A stretch of DNA of 64,000 nt from an uncultured Leptospirales bacterium (GTDB lineage Bacteria > Spirochaetota > UBA4802 > UBA5550). Position 1 is the stretch's first letter, and each line of letters opens with the position of its first letter. Below are positions 10,230 to 19,137 of the stretch, piece after piece. The stretch covers positions 58,177 through 122,176 of the forward strand of contig CAZBFP010000007.1 of assembly GCA_964491265.1 (NCBI GenBank), given 5' to 3'. The notes beneath the pieces were generated by a model. It made no database searches. It had not been told where the DNA came from and saw only the letters and a program-made list of their open reading frames with translations. A program made the translations under genes and the position numbers.

Positions 10230-10463
10230 GTAATTATGCTATTCCTCATATCTGGGCTGTCTCAAAAGTCAGATTTTCGGGGATTTGTCATTCCGGTTTT
10301 GCAATTTCAATTATTGCAAATACCTGAATCTCCTGATTAAATCAGGCCTAAGAGATACCGGCATTACGCTACGCTACAGCCGGTATGACAAGGAAATTAC
10401 TTTTTGGACAGCCCCGATATGAGAGCATTTTATTTCAAATAAAAGTTAAGGAATTAACATTGA
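10230..10463. repeat. composite dispersed repeat: L-module + nested 163-bp MITE (GGGGCTGTC TIRs, 10253..10415) + R-module (GAGCATTTTATTTCAAATAAAAGTTAAGGAATTAACATTGA)
   Basis: Near-identical copy at 62927..63161; R-module also at 20607, 25076, 29247, 48455; terminal inverted repeat GGGGCTGTC/GACAGCCCC read directly. Confidence 0.7.
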
Positions 10464-10510
10464 AGCCTGTTGGAGAATTAAAGTAATCATTAACAGACTG
10501 AAAATTAAAA

Positions 10511-10550
10511 TTAAGGGGGCTTTAGACAGCCCCCTTAATGCTTTTAAAAA
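10511..10550. terminator. bidirectional rho-independent terminator hairpin (TTAAGGGGGC-loop-GCCCCCTTAA then T-run) between convergent genes
   Basis: Perfect 10-bp GC-rich stem followed by TGCTTTT on + strand, A-run on opposite side. Confidence 0.55.
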
Positions 10551-11590
10551 CCGATAAAAAAACCATTATTCTGTTTTGCAAGCCCTCTTAAAAAATTTAC
10601 AGCCGTGGTGTCTGAATTTTCCCTGAATTCACGACCTATCCCCACAGTGAAAATTTTTCTGTCCCTGCTGTTCATTTTTTTTATTGATAATAGAAATTGA
10701 TCAAGGGTCATTATCTTCTTTTTTAGTACATCCGGTTCTCCGTCACTAAAAAGTATTATCCCCTCAGCAGATGCGTAACGGCTTGAGTTGAGCACAAATT
10801 CCAGGGCCTGCTTGGTGGGTGTATCATGATATGCTTTCATGCAGGAAAGCTTCTGATAAAAATAGTATTTATCATCTTCACTTTGCAGCGGTTTAGGTTC
10901 ACCTTCGAAAAACCCGTATTTGTAGCACATGAGAGATTCATTGTCGTATGCATCATCTCTTCTTGAGTATGATAAACATTGAGGGTCCGGTGATGGTTTG
11001 ATTGCAAAGTCTTTGCATAGTTTAGAATCAATATTCTCTTCAAAAGCGGGGAAAAAAACTATATCTATTTTATAATTCTGATCCATTGATGCAATGTACA
11101 TTTTTATTGCTGCCTTAACCTGAGAAAGGCGGTCTTCATTGTCATCATTCCTGTCCGGGGCCATACTTCCCGATAAATCAACAAGCATAACAACAGATTT
11201 AGGTATCTGAAATGCCATAACACTTTTTTCTCCGGATGATGAAGGGAATTCAACTTTCAGATTTTTTATTGAATCAATGGTGTTGTTTATTTCACTTATA
11301 TTCTGCCGGAATAGTGATGCTATACTGATAAATTTTTCGTAAGCAGTTTTCCCATCAGGTTTAATATTCTGAATATCCTCACGTGCTTTTATCAGTTCAT
11401 CTCTGGTTATTATCAGCTCAGATGTTGTTGTCATTAATTCCGATTTTATATCCTGACACGATTCATTTTCAATCCCGATTTTCTGTGTAAGAAGAACAAC
11501 CATAATAACCATAACCGCTCCAAGCGCACCGGTCATAACATCGAGCATTGATAGATTGAATATGTTGAAATTTCTGTCAATTTTTCTCAT
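10544..11590 (-). CDS. membrane-anchored vWA domain protein with ExbD/TolR-like N-terminal TM and coiled coil
   Basis: 348 aa; N-terminus NLSMLDVMTGALGAVMVIMVVLL resembles ExbD/TolR anchor; MIDAS motif VMLVDLSGSM (DxSxS); C-terminal vWA fold signals (ILFSDGEP). Confidence 0.65.
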   Translation of the reverse strand: MRKIDRNFNIFNLSMLDVMTGALGAVMVIMVVLLTQKIGIENESCQDIKSELMTTTSELIITRDELIKAREDIQNIKPDGKTAYEKFISIASLFRQNISEINNTIDSIKNLKVEFPSSSGEKSVMAFQIPKSVVMLVDLSGSMAPDRNDDNEDRLSQVKAAIKMYIASMDQNYKIDIVFFPAFEENIDSKLCKDFAIKPSPDPQCLSYSRRDDAYDNESLMCYKYGFFEGEPKPLQSEDDKYYFYQKLSCMKAYHDTPTKQALEFVLNSSRYASAEGIILFSDGEPDVLKKKIMTLDQFLLSIKKMNSRDRKIFTVGIGREFRENSDTTAVNFLRGLAKQNNGFFIGF

Positions 11591-11604
11591 CTATTTGGCT
11601 GCCA

Positions 11605-12396
11605 TTATTTATCTGAATTATCTGAAGAGAGCCGGTTTATGAAATTATTGAGGACATAACGGGCGCTGTTATTGAGCGCCTCTTCCTCATGTTTCTGAAC
11701 CAGGTGTATAAGGAAAACCAGTATAGCTGTGTGAATAAGTGCAATAATAGTTGTTCCAAATGCGAATCCCAGATCAAGGGTGAGAGCGCGAAATTGAGCA
11801 ACCTTGTCCATATGCGCACCCATGAATTTTACAATATCGAGTTTACTTAGTGCCGCAGAGATTCCAATCACTGTTCCGATAAATCCGAATGTGGGAATTG
11901 CCCAGATTATGTACCGTAAAAAGGAATATCGGAGTTCCAGCCTGTGAATGTGCAGGTCAAGAGCACTGTTGAGCACTGAAAGGGTATCACTGACTGAGTG
12001 TGATTTCAAATATTGTATTGTACATGTGTCAATGAGGTCCGGCAGGAATGCGTCTGCACGGATTGTAACATTATTTACACTGGTTCGTATTATCTCAATT
12101 TCTCTGTCATTTGACAAAACAGTATTTTTATCTTCAGGAAGAAATCCTGATGCTTTTAAAAATACATTCTCTTCATGGCTGCTCAGCCATCTAATCCATA
12201 TCTGGGCAAGTCCGATAAAGAAAAAGAGATTCATGAGATTCTGAAGAGAAAATGGATAATGACTGGCACTCTGGTAACCCAGCAGCAGCTCTCCAAAAGG
12301 GGTGTCCCCTGCTAATTCGGTTATAGCAGTAATTGCAATAATAGATGTAAACACTGCTATTAGCAGTGCAAGCCAGTTTCTTCTGGTATAATTCAT
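11605..12396 (-). CDS. MotA/TolQ/ExbB-family proton channel protein
   Basis: ORF track 11605..12438; likely start ATG 12396 preceded by GGAGGG; conserved C-terminal TM pair IIWAIPTFGFIGTVIGISAAL ... LDLGFAFGTTIIALIHTAIL. Confidence 0.7.
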   Translation of the reverse strand: MNYTRRNWLALLIAVFTSIIAITAITELAGDTPFGELLLGYQSASHYPFSLQNLMNLFFFIGLAQIWIRWLSSHEENVFLKASGFLPEDKNTVLSNDREIEIIRTSVNNVTIRADAFLPDLIDTCTIQYLKSHSVSDTLSVLNSALDLHIHRLELRYSFLRYIIWAIPTFGFIGTVIGISAALSKLDIVKFMGAHMDKVAQFRALTLDLGFAFGTTIIALIHTAILVFLIHLVQKHEEEALNNSARYVLNNFINRLSSDNSDK

Positions 12397-12419
12397 TTTA
12401 GCAGGCCCTCCATGTTTTA

Positions 12420-13886
12420 CTAACGTCGGGGTACACATTTTTCGAATTTGTCATAATTATATCCTTCAATACATCCGCATTTATTACTGCTTTTGATCCA
12501 GATTTCATTTTTACCTCTGCATTTTTTTACACATACAAATTTATGGGGGCCGCTTTTCATTGCGATCCGATTTTCATCCTCTGCACATTTTGATACGCAT
12601 GAGCCCGATACATTTACTATGGGGCAGGGCTCGCATATATTTGTTTTTCTGTTGAGAGTATAGCCTTTGATGCAGACGCATGCATTTTTCTTTGCATCCC
12701 ATGTTTCTCCAACTCTGCAGACACATTCCCCTTCGCTGTTAACTATACCCCTTCTTTTTGAGCATTGGTCTTCCCAGAGAGCCCGGACTTTTACTTCCTG
12801 TTCATTACCTTTTTTTAGAGATAATTTCTCTTCGGCAAGCCGTTTTACTTCCTTGTTCAGTTGGATCTGTTTCTGTGTAATTTTTTTCTCTTCCTCTTCT
12901 CTTTCTTTCCCTTCAAGAGCAGTTTGAATAATTATTTTGGCCTTATCCAGGGCATCCTGATTCTGCTGAAGTTCTCTCTCCTTTTCATTAAGTCTTACCT
13001 GTGTACGGCTAAGTTGATCTTTGGCTGTATCAAGATCTGTTTTAACTTTTCCAAGGCTGGTTTTTGCAGTTTCCAGCTCCCCTTTTGTGCTGGAGAGAGT
13101 ATTCTCAAGCATAAGAATTTTACTTCTGGTGGTATCAAGTTCCCCGGTAATTTTGTTTAATTCATGTTCTGTTTCACTAAGCTTTCCCCGTGTCATTTCC
13201 AGATCTGTTTCTGTTTGTGACAATTTACCCTTTGTTTCGCTGAGACCGCTTTTTAAGCCTTCCACTTCACCTTGAAGTTTCCAGTTGCGGTATATAGCCT
13301 GCTGTCTTTTTTCGAAGAGATATTCTCCCCGGGAAAAGCTGTATGTAACAGCAACCCCCCATTGGAGTTCATTTTTCATCGATTTGTTGATTACTATTGC
13401 CGGGGCGCCGTATAATGTAAACTGTACCGGATAATTATCCAGCGGCAATGTAACCCCAATGGGGAAGCGGGTAATGTATTCAGGATCATTTTTTATATAC
13501 GATAGCATTAATCCTGCGCCTATGGTCAGGTAAAAGTTCCATGTACCGGCATGAAACATTCCAAAGGGCTGATAAAGAAAGTCCGCAGCAATGAGAGGTT
13601 CAGAGTCAAGGCTGAAACCTGATAATATCTCCATTCCATACCGGTCACTGAACCAGTATCTCATGGTAAAACCGCTGGGTATACCGATAAGACCGCCCAC
13701 CTCAAGGCCTGTGCGTGAATAGGTGTAGGTTGTGGATTGGGGAGATATTTCAGGTTTTTCTCTATTCTCGCGTGCTTCTTTCGCTTCAAGTGCATCAATT
13801 GAGTCATCATCCAATTGAGCATTCCCTGGTATTATCACACTGAACAGAAAAAGGATTGTGATCACTGAAAGAAGTTTATGTGCCAT
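12420..13886 (-). CDS. exported protein: N-terminal small beta-barrel-like domain, long coiled coil, Cys-rich (EGF-like) C-terminus
   Basis: 488 aa; signal peptide MAHKLLSVITILFLFSVIIPGNAQ; heptad-rich repeats LSETKGKLSQTETDLEMTRGKLSETEHEL...; about 20 Cys in last 120 aa. Confidence 0.5.
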   Translation of the reverse strand: MAHKLLSVITILFLFSVIIPGNAQLDDDSIDALEAKEARENREKPEISPQSTTYTYSRTGLEVGGLIGIPSGFTMRYWFSDRYGMEILSGFSLDSEPLIAADFLYQPFGMFHAGTWNFYLTIGAGLMLSYIKNDPEYITRFPIGVTLPLDNYPVQFTLYGAPAIVINKSMKNELQWGVAVTYSFSRGEYLFEKRQQAIYRNWKLQGEVEGLKSGLSETKGKLSQTETDLEMTRGKLSETEHELNKITGELDTTRSKILMLENTLSSTKGELETAKTSLGKVKTDLDTAKDQLSRTQVRLNEKERELQQNQDALDKAKIIIQTALEGKEREEEEKKITQKQIQLNKEVKRLAEEKLSLKKGNEQEVKVRALWEDQCSKRRGIVNSEGECVCRVGETWDAKKNACVCIKGYTLNRKTNICEPCPIVNVSGSCVSKCAEDENRIAMKSGPHKFVCVKKCRGKNEIWIKSSNKCGCIEGYNYDKFEKCVPRR

Positions 13887-14131
13887 AATTATTCATCCTT
13901 ATCGTACAGTTCAACGCTTTAATAATACATTGCGGTGATTGGAATCTATTTGAAATGAACTATTTCTTAAAAATTAAGGAAATATTTTTATGTAGTTTAC
14001 TCCCCTGACTTGATGATAATATAGCGTTTTCAATTAGTGTTTACAAGTTTTTCTGTAATTAATGGCGTATTATTAACATAAAAATAAGTATTCAAATTTT
14101 ACTTTCAAGGTTTTGTAAAGAATTTTTCAGA

Positions 14132-14365
14132 TTACACTTTTTTCATAAAACAGGTTTTCAGGACAATTGTGCTTTTACCTATACGGCATTCGATCTCTTC
14201 TGCTTTAGATGTTAACCTGATATTTTTTATTACTGTTCCTCTTTTTAAAGTATCTGAAGAACCTTTAATTTTTAAATCTTTAATTACCTGAACAGAATCT
14301 CCATCTTCAAGTAAGGTGCCGTTACTGTCTTTTATTTCCATTTTTATCTCCTCCTCAATATTCAA
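14132..14365 (-). CDS. PhnA-like (YjdC) C-terminal domain protein
   Basis: 77 aa; motif DSNGTLLEDGDSVQVIKDLKIKGSSDTLKRGTVIKNIRL matches PhnA-domain consensus. Confidence 0.6.
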   Translation of the reverse strand: MNIEEEIKMEIKDSNGTLLEDGDSVQVIKDLKIKGSSDTLKRGTVIKNIRLTSKAEEIECRIGKSTIVLKTCFMKKV

Positions 14366-14533
14366 TCGGAATTTAAATTAACCTCGGTTTGCTGTATGTT
14401 ATTTGTCAAGTGTGATAAATAACATACAACTTTTAAATTATCATGATTTTCCGCACATGGTAGTTTACGCTTGATCTGTGCCGGAAAAAGTATTATTAAT
14501 ATAATGGAAAGGGATTTAACAAGAGGAGAAAAA

Positions 14534-15088
14534 ATGGAAAGCCTGAAAAAGTATTTATATAAGATAGCAGATGCAAAGCATCTGTTAATTTGCGGAATAA
14601 TATTTATCATATTTAATATTTTTATTTTCCCCTATCTGCAGAATCGTATTGACCCTACCGGACAGCATCCCATGCTGGATCTTCTATTCGGTTATTCCCT
14701 TAATGAGGCTTATTATATTCTTGATGCAATAGGCCGGGAGGGGCGCTCGGCACATCTTTTTGCCACCTCTGCTGCTGATATGTTTTATCCTGTTGTTTAC
14801 GCACTGTTATTATCTATCATTATTGCCTTGATGATGAAGAAGCTGATGTTTACAGATGGTATTTTATCTTATATTATATTTTTCCCATTCTTAATCATGG
14901 CTTTCGATTTTATAGAAAATAGTGCTATAATTGTAATGGTCTCTTCTTTCCCTCATCTGCCGGAAGGAGCTGTGCTCCTGGGTTCCTATGCAGGGATGGC
15001 TAAATGGGTAAGCACCGGTATTGTTATTCTCATTATTTTAATTAGCGGTATCATGATTCTTAAAAGAAAAATTTTTAAATTAAAATAG
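14534..15088 (+). CDS. hypothetical integral membrane protein
   Basis: ORF track 14471..15088; start chosen at ATG 14534 with AGGAG RBS; 5-6 predicted TM helices. Confidence 0.45.
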   Translation: MESLKKYLYKIADAKHLLICGIIFIIFNIFIFPYLQNRIDPTGQHPMLDLLFGYSLNEAYYILDAIGREGRSAHLFATSAADMFYPVVYALLLSIIIALMMKKLMFTDGILSYIIFFPFLIMAFDFIENSAIIVMVSSFPHLPEGAVLLGSYAGMAKWVSTGIVILIILISGIMILKRKIFKLK

Positions 15089-15538
15089 TTATCTGATAGA
15101 TTTGCGTATTTCCGCAGCTTCCTCCGCCAGTCTTTTTTGTATACCAATCCGTGCAAATGGATTGATAAAGCGGGTTAATAATCTCCATAGAAGCAGAAGG
15201 AGATCATTGCCGTATCTGGGAATAACATGGAGGTGGACATGGGGTATATGCTGACTTGCATCTTTCCCGTCATTGATAAGCAGGTTGGCACCTTTTGCCT
15301 TCAGGCCTGAACTGCATATAGCATTGCTTAGCATTGAAGCCTTTTCAAAAATGTGGGACCGGATTTCCGGTGTCAGCTCATGGGTGAACTGGCAGTGAAC
15401 CAGAGGTATCACCATTATATGGCCCCGGCTGAGAGGGAAAATATCCATCAGCACAATACATTTATCGTCACGGTAAATCTCGATCCCCGGTAATTTCCCT
15501 TCAATAATCTGACAGAAGATGCATTCCCCTTTTTTCAT
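15089..15538 (-). CDS. HIT-family (histidine triad) nucleotide hydrolase
   Basis: ORF track 15089..15604; start ATG 15538 with AGGAGG RBS; N-terminal CIFCQI; histidine triad HIPHVHLHVIP. Confidence 0.85.
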   Translation of the reverse strand: MKKGECIFCQIIEGKLPGIEIYRDDKCIVLMDIFPLSRGHIMVIPLVHCQFTHELTPEIRSHIFEKASMLSNAICSSGLKAKGANLLINDGKDASQHIPHVHLHVIPRYGNDLLLLLWRLLTRFINPFARIGIQKRLAEEAAEIRKSIR

Positions 15539-15755
15539 AATGGCCTCCTGTATTTTTTTATAAAGAGATTTCTGTAAAAACTTTCTCACTGAAGAGTTCG
15601 GCATAAAATAAATTTTAGCTCATTCCGGATTTTTGGGACACAAAGGGAGTACTTCCTGGCTTTTCCCTCTGTCCCCCAAAGGGGGCTGACTCCAGAATAT
15701 GTGGGAACAGACAATATTATTATTTTTCCCAAAAATCCGGAAGAGCCTATTTTGT

Positions 15756-18700
15756 TTAATTGATTTTCTGTATAGTAACCAGTGTTAAATCATCATCAAA
15801 ATCTGAAGATCCGCTGTAATTACTTATTGCTTTAATAATCTTCCTGTTAAACTGCTCAAGGGACTTTTTGTGATAATTCTGCTGAATAAGCCTGCTGATC
15901 AGCGGAATCAGCTTTTCGTAACCGAATTCTGTTTTGTCTGAATTTACTGCTTCCAGCAATCCGTCTGTAAAAAGAATAAGAATATCTCCGCGTTTAAAAG
16001 GGACTCTCCCCGGTTCATATCTTGAGTCATCAGTAAAACCGATTAATCGTCCCCGTTTATTGAGAAGCTCAATTTCCCCTGTATCACTATGGAGGAGTAT
16101 CTGGTCAGGGTGACCGCCTGATGAATATACGATTTCATCTTCAGTAATATTGCACAAAAAAGATGTGAAAATATTTTTCCCTTTCAGGTTGTGATAGGAA
16201 AAATTATTTATATAATAAAGCCGCTTATCCGGCTCAACAAGCTTAAGGCTCTGGTTGTTCATAATATCAATCTGCATGGTAAAGAGGGCAGCCTGAATTC
16301 CGTGTCCTGTTGCATCTGCCACCATGATGGAGATAGCCCCGTTATCAAGAACTTCAACATTGTAATAGTCGCCGCCCACCTTTTTGTTATGGGGAATATA
16401 GGATACCTCAATTTCAAAATTTTTTATAGAGGTGTAAAAATCTTTACCTGTAAGCACCCCTTTTTGAACTTTCATGGCAATGTCAAGTTCCTGTTCCATA
16501 ATAAGAAGTTCTTTCTGGTCCTGCATTGCTTTTTTAAGTCGAAGTAATGTATTCACCCGTGCAAGGAGTTCCCGTTTGTCAAAAGGTTTTACCAGGTAAT
16601 CATTTGCACCTGCATCGAATCCTTCAATAAGATCATTGATAAGTCTCTTTGCAGTCAGCATAATAACCGGGAGTTCGTTCTGATTGTATTTTTGTCTAAT
16701 CTCACGGCAGACTTCATAACCTGAAAGACGGGGCATCATTACATCAAGAAGAATAAGATCGGGCTTCCCTGCATTGGCTATATGTTCAAGTGCTTCAATT
16801 CCGTTGGAGGCTTCTGTAATGCTGTACTGATACGGCATAAAATGGTTACGTAATACCTGAAGATTTACCGGGTCGTCATCAACGATTAAAATATTAAATG
16901 TCGAATTTCCCCTGTTTTTCGAATCTTCATTGTTATCGGTCAGTTGACCAAAATTAATATTGTCCAGGTCGTATTCCAGCTTGCTCACTGCGCGTGCAGT
17001 ATTTGCCTCATAGTTTTCCGAGATGGGAATTGTAAAAGTAAAGGAGGACCCTTTGCCTGATTCAGAAACAACACTAATTGTACCACCATGGAGCTCAATA
17101 AGTTTTTTTGAAATTGCAAGGCCCAGTCCGGTACCTCCATATTCTCTTTCTGTTGAACCGTCACCCTGCTGGAAGGAGTTGAAAATGGTATCAAGTTTTT
17201 CAGGAGGAATTCCTATCCCCGTGTCACTTACAGTTACGGCAATCATTCTTTTATTGTTTTCAGTTACAATCTTATCAGTAACCTCGATCTTCCCTTCTCT
17301 GGTGAATTTAACTGCATTTCCAATGAGATTGTAGAGAATCTGCTGGAGCCTGTTTTCATCTCCAAGAACCGGAGGGAGATGGTAATCTATTTTATTGGAA
17401 AGAGTAACCGGTCTTGAGCCAATAAGTGTTTTTGAGATCATAAGAACGTGATCAACCATGGAGTATAGATCAATTGACTGCTGCATTAGTTCAATATTGC
17501 TGTTTTTCATTTTTTCAAAATCGAGTATATCATTGACAAGGCTGGAAAGCCTGCGGGCGCTTGATTCTATGAGTTTAAGGTTGTATTTGTGTGTGTCACT
17601 CATCTCCCCCATTGATCCGTCGCTCATTGACTCGGAGAGGCCTATTATTCCGTTAAGCGGTGTACGGAGCTCGTGTGAGGTGTTTGCCAGGAATTCATCT
17701 TTCAGCTGATCCATGGCAATGAGCTGACGGTTCACCTGTTTTAATTCACCTGAGAGTCTTTCAGAAGTTTCAAATACCGTGGTAAAGCGGCGTGACAGAA
17801 GGTATGATTGAGAGAGTATATAGAATACAAGACCATAGGAGGCTGTATTTAAGGTGTTGATTACCTGGCTATTGTAGAGGATATCATTAATCCCGGTGAG
17901 ATAAAGTACTGACATGCCGGAAAAGGCGACTATAGCGCCATCTCTTTTGCGGTATATGGCTAATGCGAGTACCGCTAAAATAATGAAACCGCCTATAAGT
18001 ATAAATAGATCGTAAAAAATTTTACCCTGGCTGTAATATTGCAGGGGCAGAAATATTACGAGGAGCACAATGACTGCAGCAATAGAAAATATAGGAATTG
18101 TTATTCTTTTTTTCATTTCCAGCGGGAACACGGTATAAAAGAATAAAACAATAAGTGGAATCATCCCGTATGAGGTGAGATACTCAATTTTACTGAAAAA
18201 CTCCCAGTTTATAGACGGGAACCAGGAAACCAGGAATCTTTCTCCTGTTGTCAGTGACCTGAATGCCATACATATTGTTAATATGGAGAAAATCAGCGCT
18301 GATTTTTCCCCCGGCCTTAAATAAAAAATTCCCAGATGGTACAGGGACATTATAATTATGATTCCCAGAACAAGAAAAGCTATCTGCGTGTTTTTTTCCC
18401 GCTCAGCAGCAATAGTAATTTCAGGACCAATATGGAGGCTCTCCCACATCCCCCCTTTTTTATGATGAAAATTTGATACCTGAACAATTATTTCAGCTTC
18501 ACTTTTCTTATCCTCCTTATCTGCAGGATTGCAAAAGAAAACTGTGCGCGGAAGAAACTGTGGAACGCCTCTCTCATCAGATACTTCACCGTTTTCTGAA
18601 AGGAGTTCTCCATTAACCCATAGCCTGTAGGCTGTTGCAGCATCAAGTATTTTAAGGCCTATTCGCCCTTTATTCACGGGGAGAAAAACCTTTATTCTGT

Positions 18701-19037
18701 AGGTGGCATAACCGCTCCCCGGGAGCACCCCTTGAGGATGGTTCATTCCATTCCATAGAGAAGGAACCTTTATGTATACAGGATCATCTATAACAGATTT
18801 ACCGGAGAAGTCATGGGGGTAGTAAAGCTTCTCCCAGTAGAATTCCCATTCTCCGTCAAGGGGGAAGTTCCTGTCGAAATCTTCAGATGACAGATTTAGA
18901 ACCCCTTTTTCAGCCTGCTGAATTGCGGGCCGGGGAGTACATGAGATTAAAATCAGAGATGATATAATATATAGAAGTATAACTGTCTTTCTTATCATAT
19001 GGAGATAATGGTTATCTGAAATACAGTGTAAAGTCAA
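15756..19037 (-). CDS. hybrid sensor: 7TMR-DISM periplasmic domain + 7TM + HisKA/HATPase + receiver + PP2C/SpoIIE phosphatase
   Basis: 1093 aa; H-box SHELRTPLNGIIG; N/G boxes (LIGNAVKFT, DTGIGIP, GGTGLGL); receiver D (LILLDVMMP); PP2C motifs (GDYY...ADATGHG...FTDGL). Confidence 0.8.
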   Translation of the reverse strand: MTLHCISDNHYLHMIRKTVILLYIISSLILISCTPRPAIQQAEKGVLNLSSEDFDRNFPLDGEWEFYWEKLYYPHDFSGKSVIDDPVYIKVPSLWNGMNHPQGVLPGSGYATYRIKVFLPVNKGRIGLKILDAATAYRLWVNGELLSENGEVSDERGVPQFLPRTVFFCNPADKEDKKSEAEIIVQVSNFHHKKGGMWESLHIGPEITIAAEREKNTQIAFLVLGIIIIMSLYHLGIFYLRPGEKSALIFSILTICMAFRSLTTGERFLVSWFPSINWEFFSKIEYLTSYGMIPLIVLFFYTVFPLEMKKRITIPIFSIAAVIVLLVIFLPLQYYSQGKIFYDLFILIGGFIILAVLALAIYRKRDGAIVAFSGMSVLYLTGINDILYNSQVINTLNTASYGLVFYILSQSYLLSRRFTTVFETSERLSGELKQVNRQLIAMDQLKDEFLANTSHELRTPLNGIIGLSESMSDGSMGEMSDTHKYNLKLIESSARRLSSLVNDILDFEKMKNSNIELMQQSIDLYSMVDHVLMISKTLIGSRPVTLSNKIDYHLPPVLGDENRLQQILYNLIGNAVKFTREGKIEVTDKIVTENNKRMIAVTVSDTGIGIPPEKLDTIFNSFQQGDGSTEREYGGTGLGLAISKKLIELHGGTISVVSESGKGSSFTFTIPISENYEANTARAVSKLEYDLDNINFGQLTDNNEDSKNRGNSTFNILIVDDDPVNLQVLRNHFMPYQYSITEASNGIEALEHIANAGKPDLILLDVMMPRLSGYEVCREIRQKYNQNELPVIMLTAKRLINDLIEGFDAGANDYLVKPFDKRELLARVNTLLRLKKAMQDQKELLIMEQELDIAMKVQKGVLTGKDFYTSIKNFEIEVSYIPHNKKVGGDYYNVEVLDNGAISIMVADATGHGIQAALFTMQIDIMNNQSLKLVEPDKRLYYINNFSYHNLKGKNIFTSFLCNITEDEIVYSSGGHPDQILLHSDTGEIELLNKRGRLIGFTDDSRYEPGRVPFKRGDILILFTDGLLEAVNSDKTEFGYEKLIPLISRLIQQNYHKKSLEQFNRKIIKAISNYSGSSDFDDDLTLVTIQKIN

Positions 19038-19137
19038 GATAATTATTAATTATGAATCTGACATGGTGGTTTTTATACTTGAATTTTCTTATGTTTGAAT
19101 ATTAACATCTAATTTTTATTATGGCTGATCAACAGAG

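Noticed and set aside
12667-13275. Three + strand ORFs (86, 99 and 84 aa) overlapping the coiled-coil gene
   Set aside because: They are antisense to the heptad-repeat region. The repetitive K/E codons give open antisense frames (F/L/S-rich).
16191-16547. 118-aa + strand ORF inside the hybrid sensor kinase gene
   Set aside because: It is antisense to the PP2C domain region of a well-supported 1093-aa gene.
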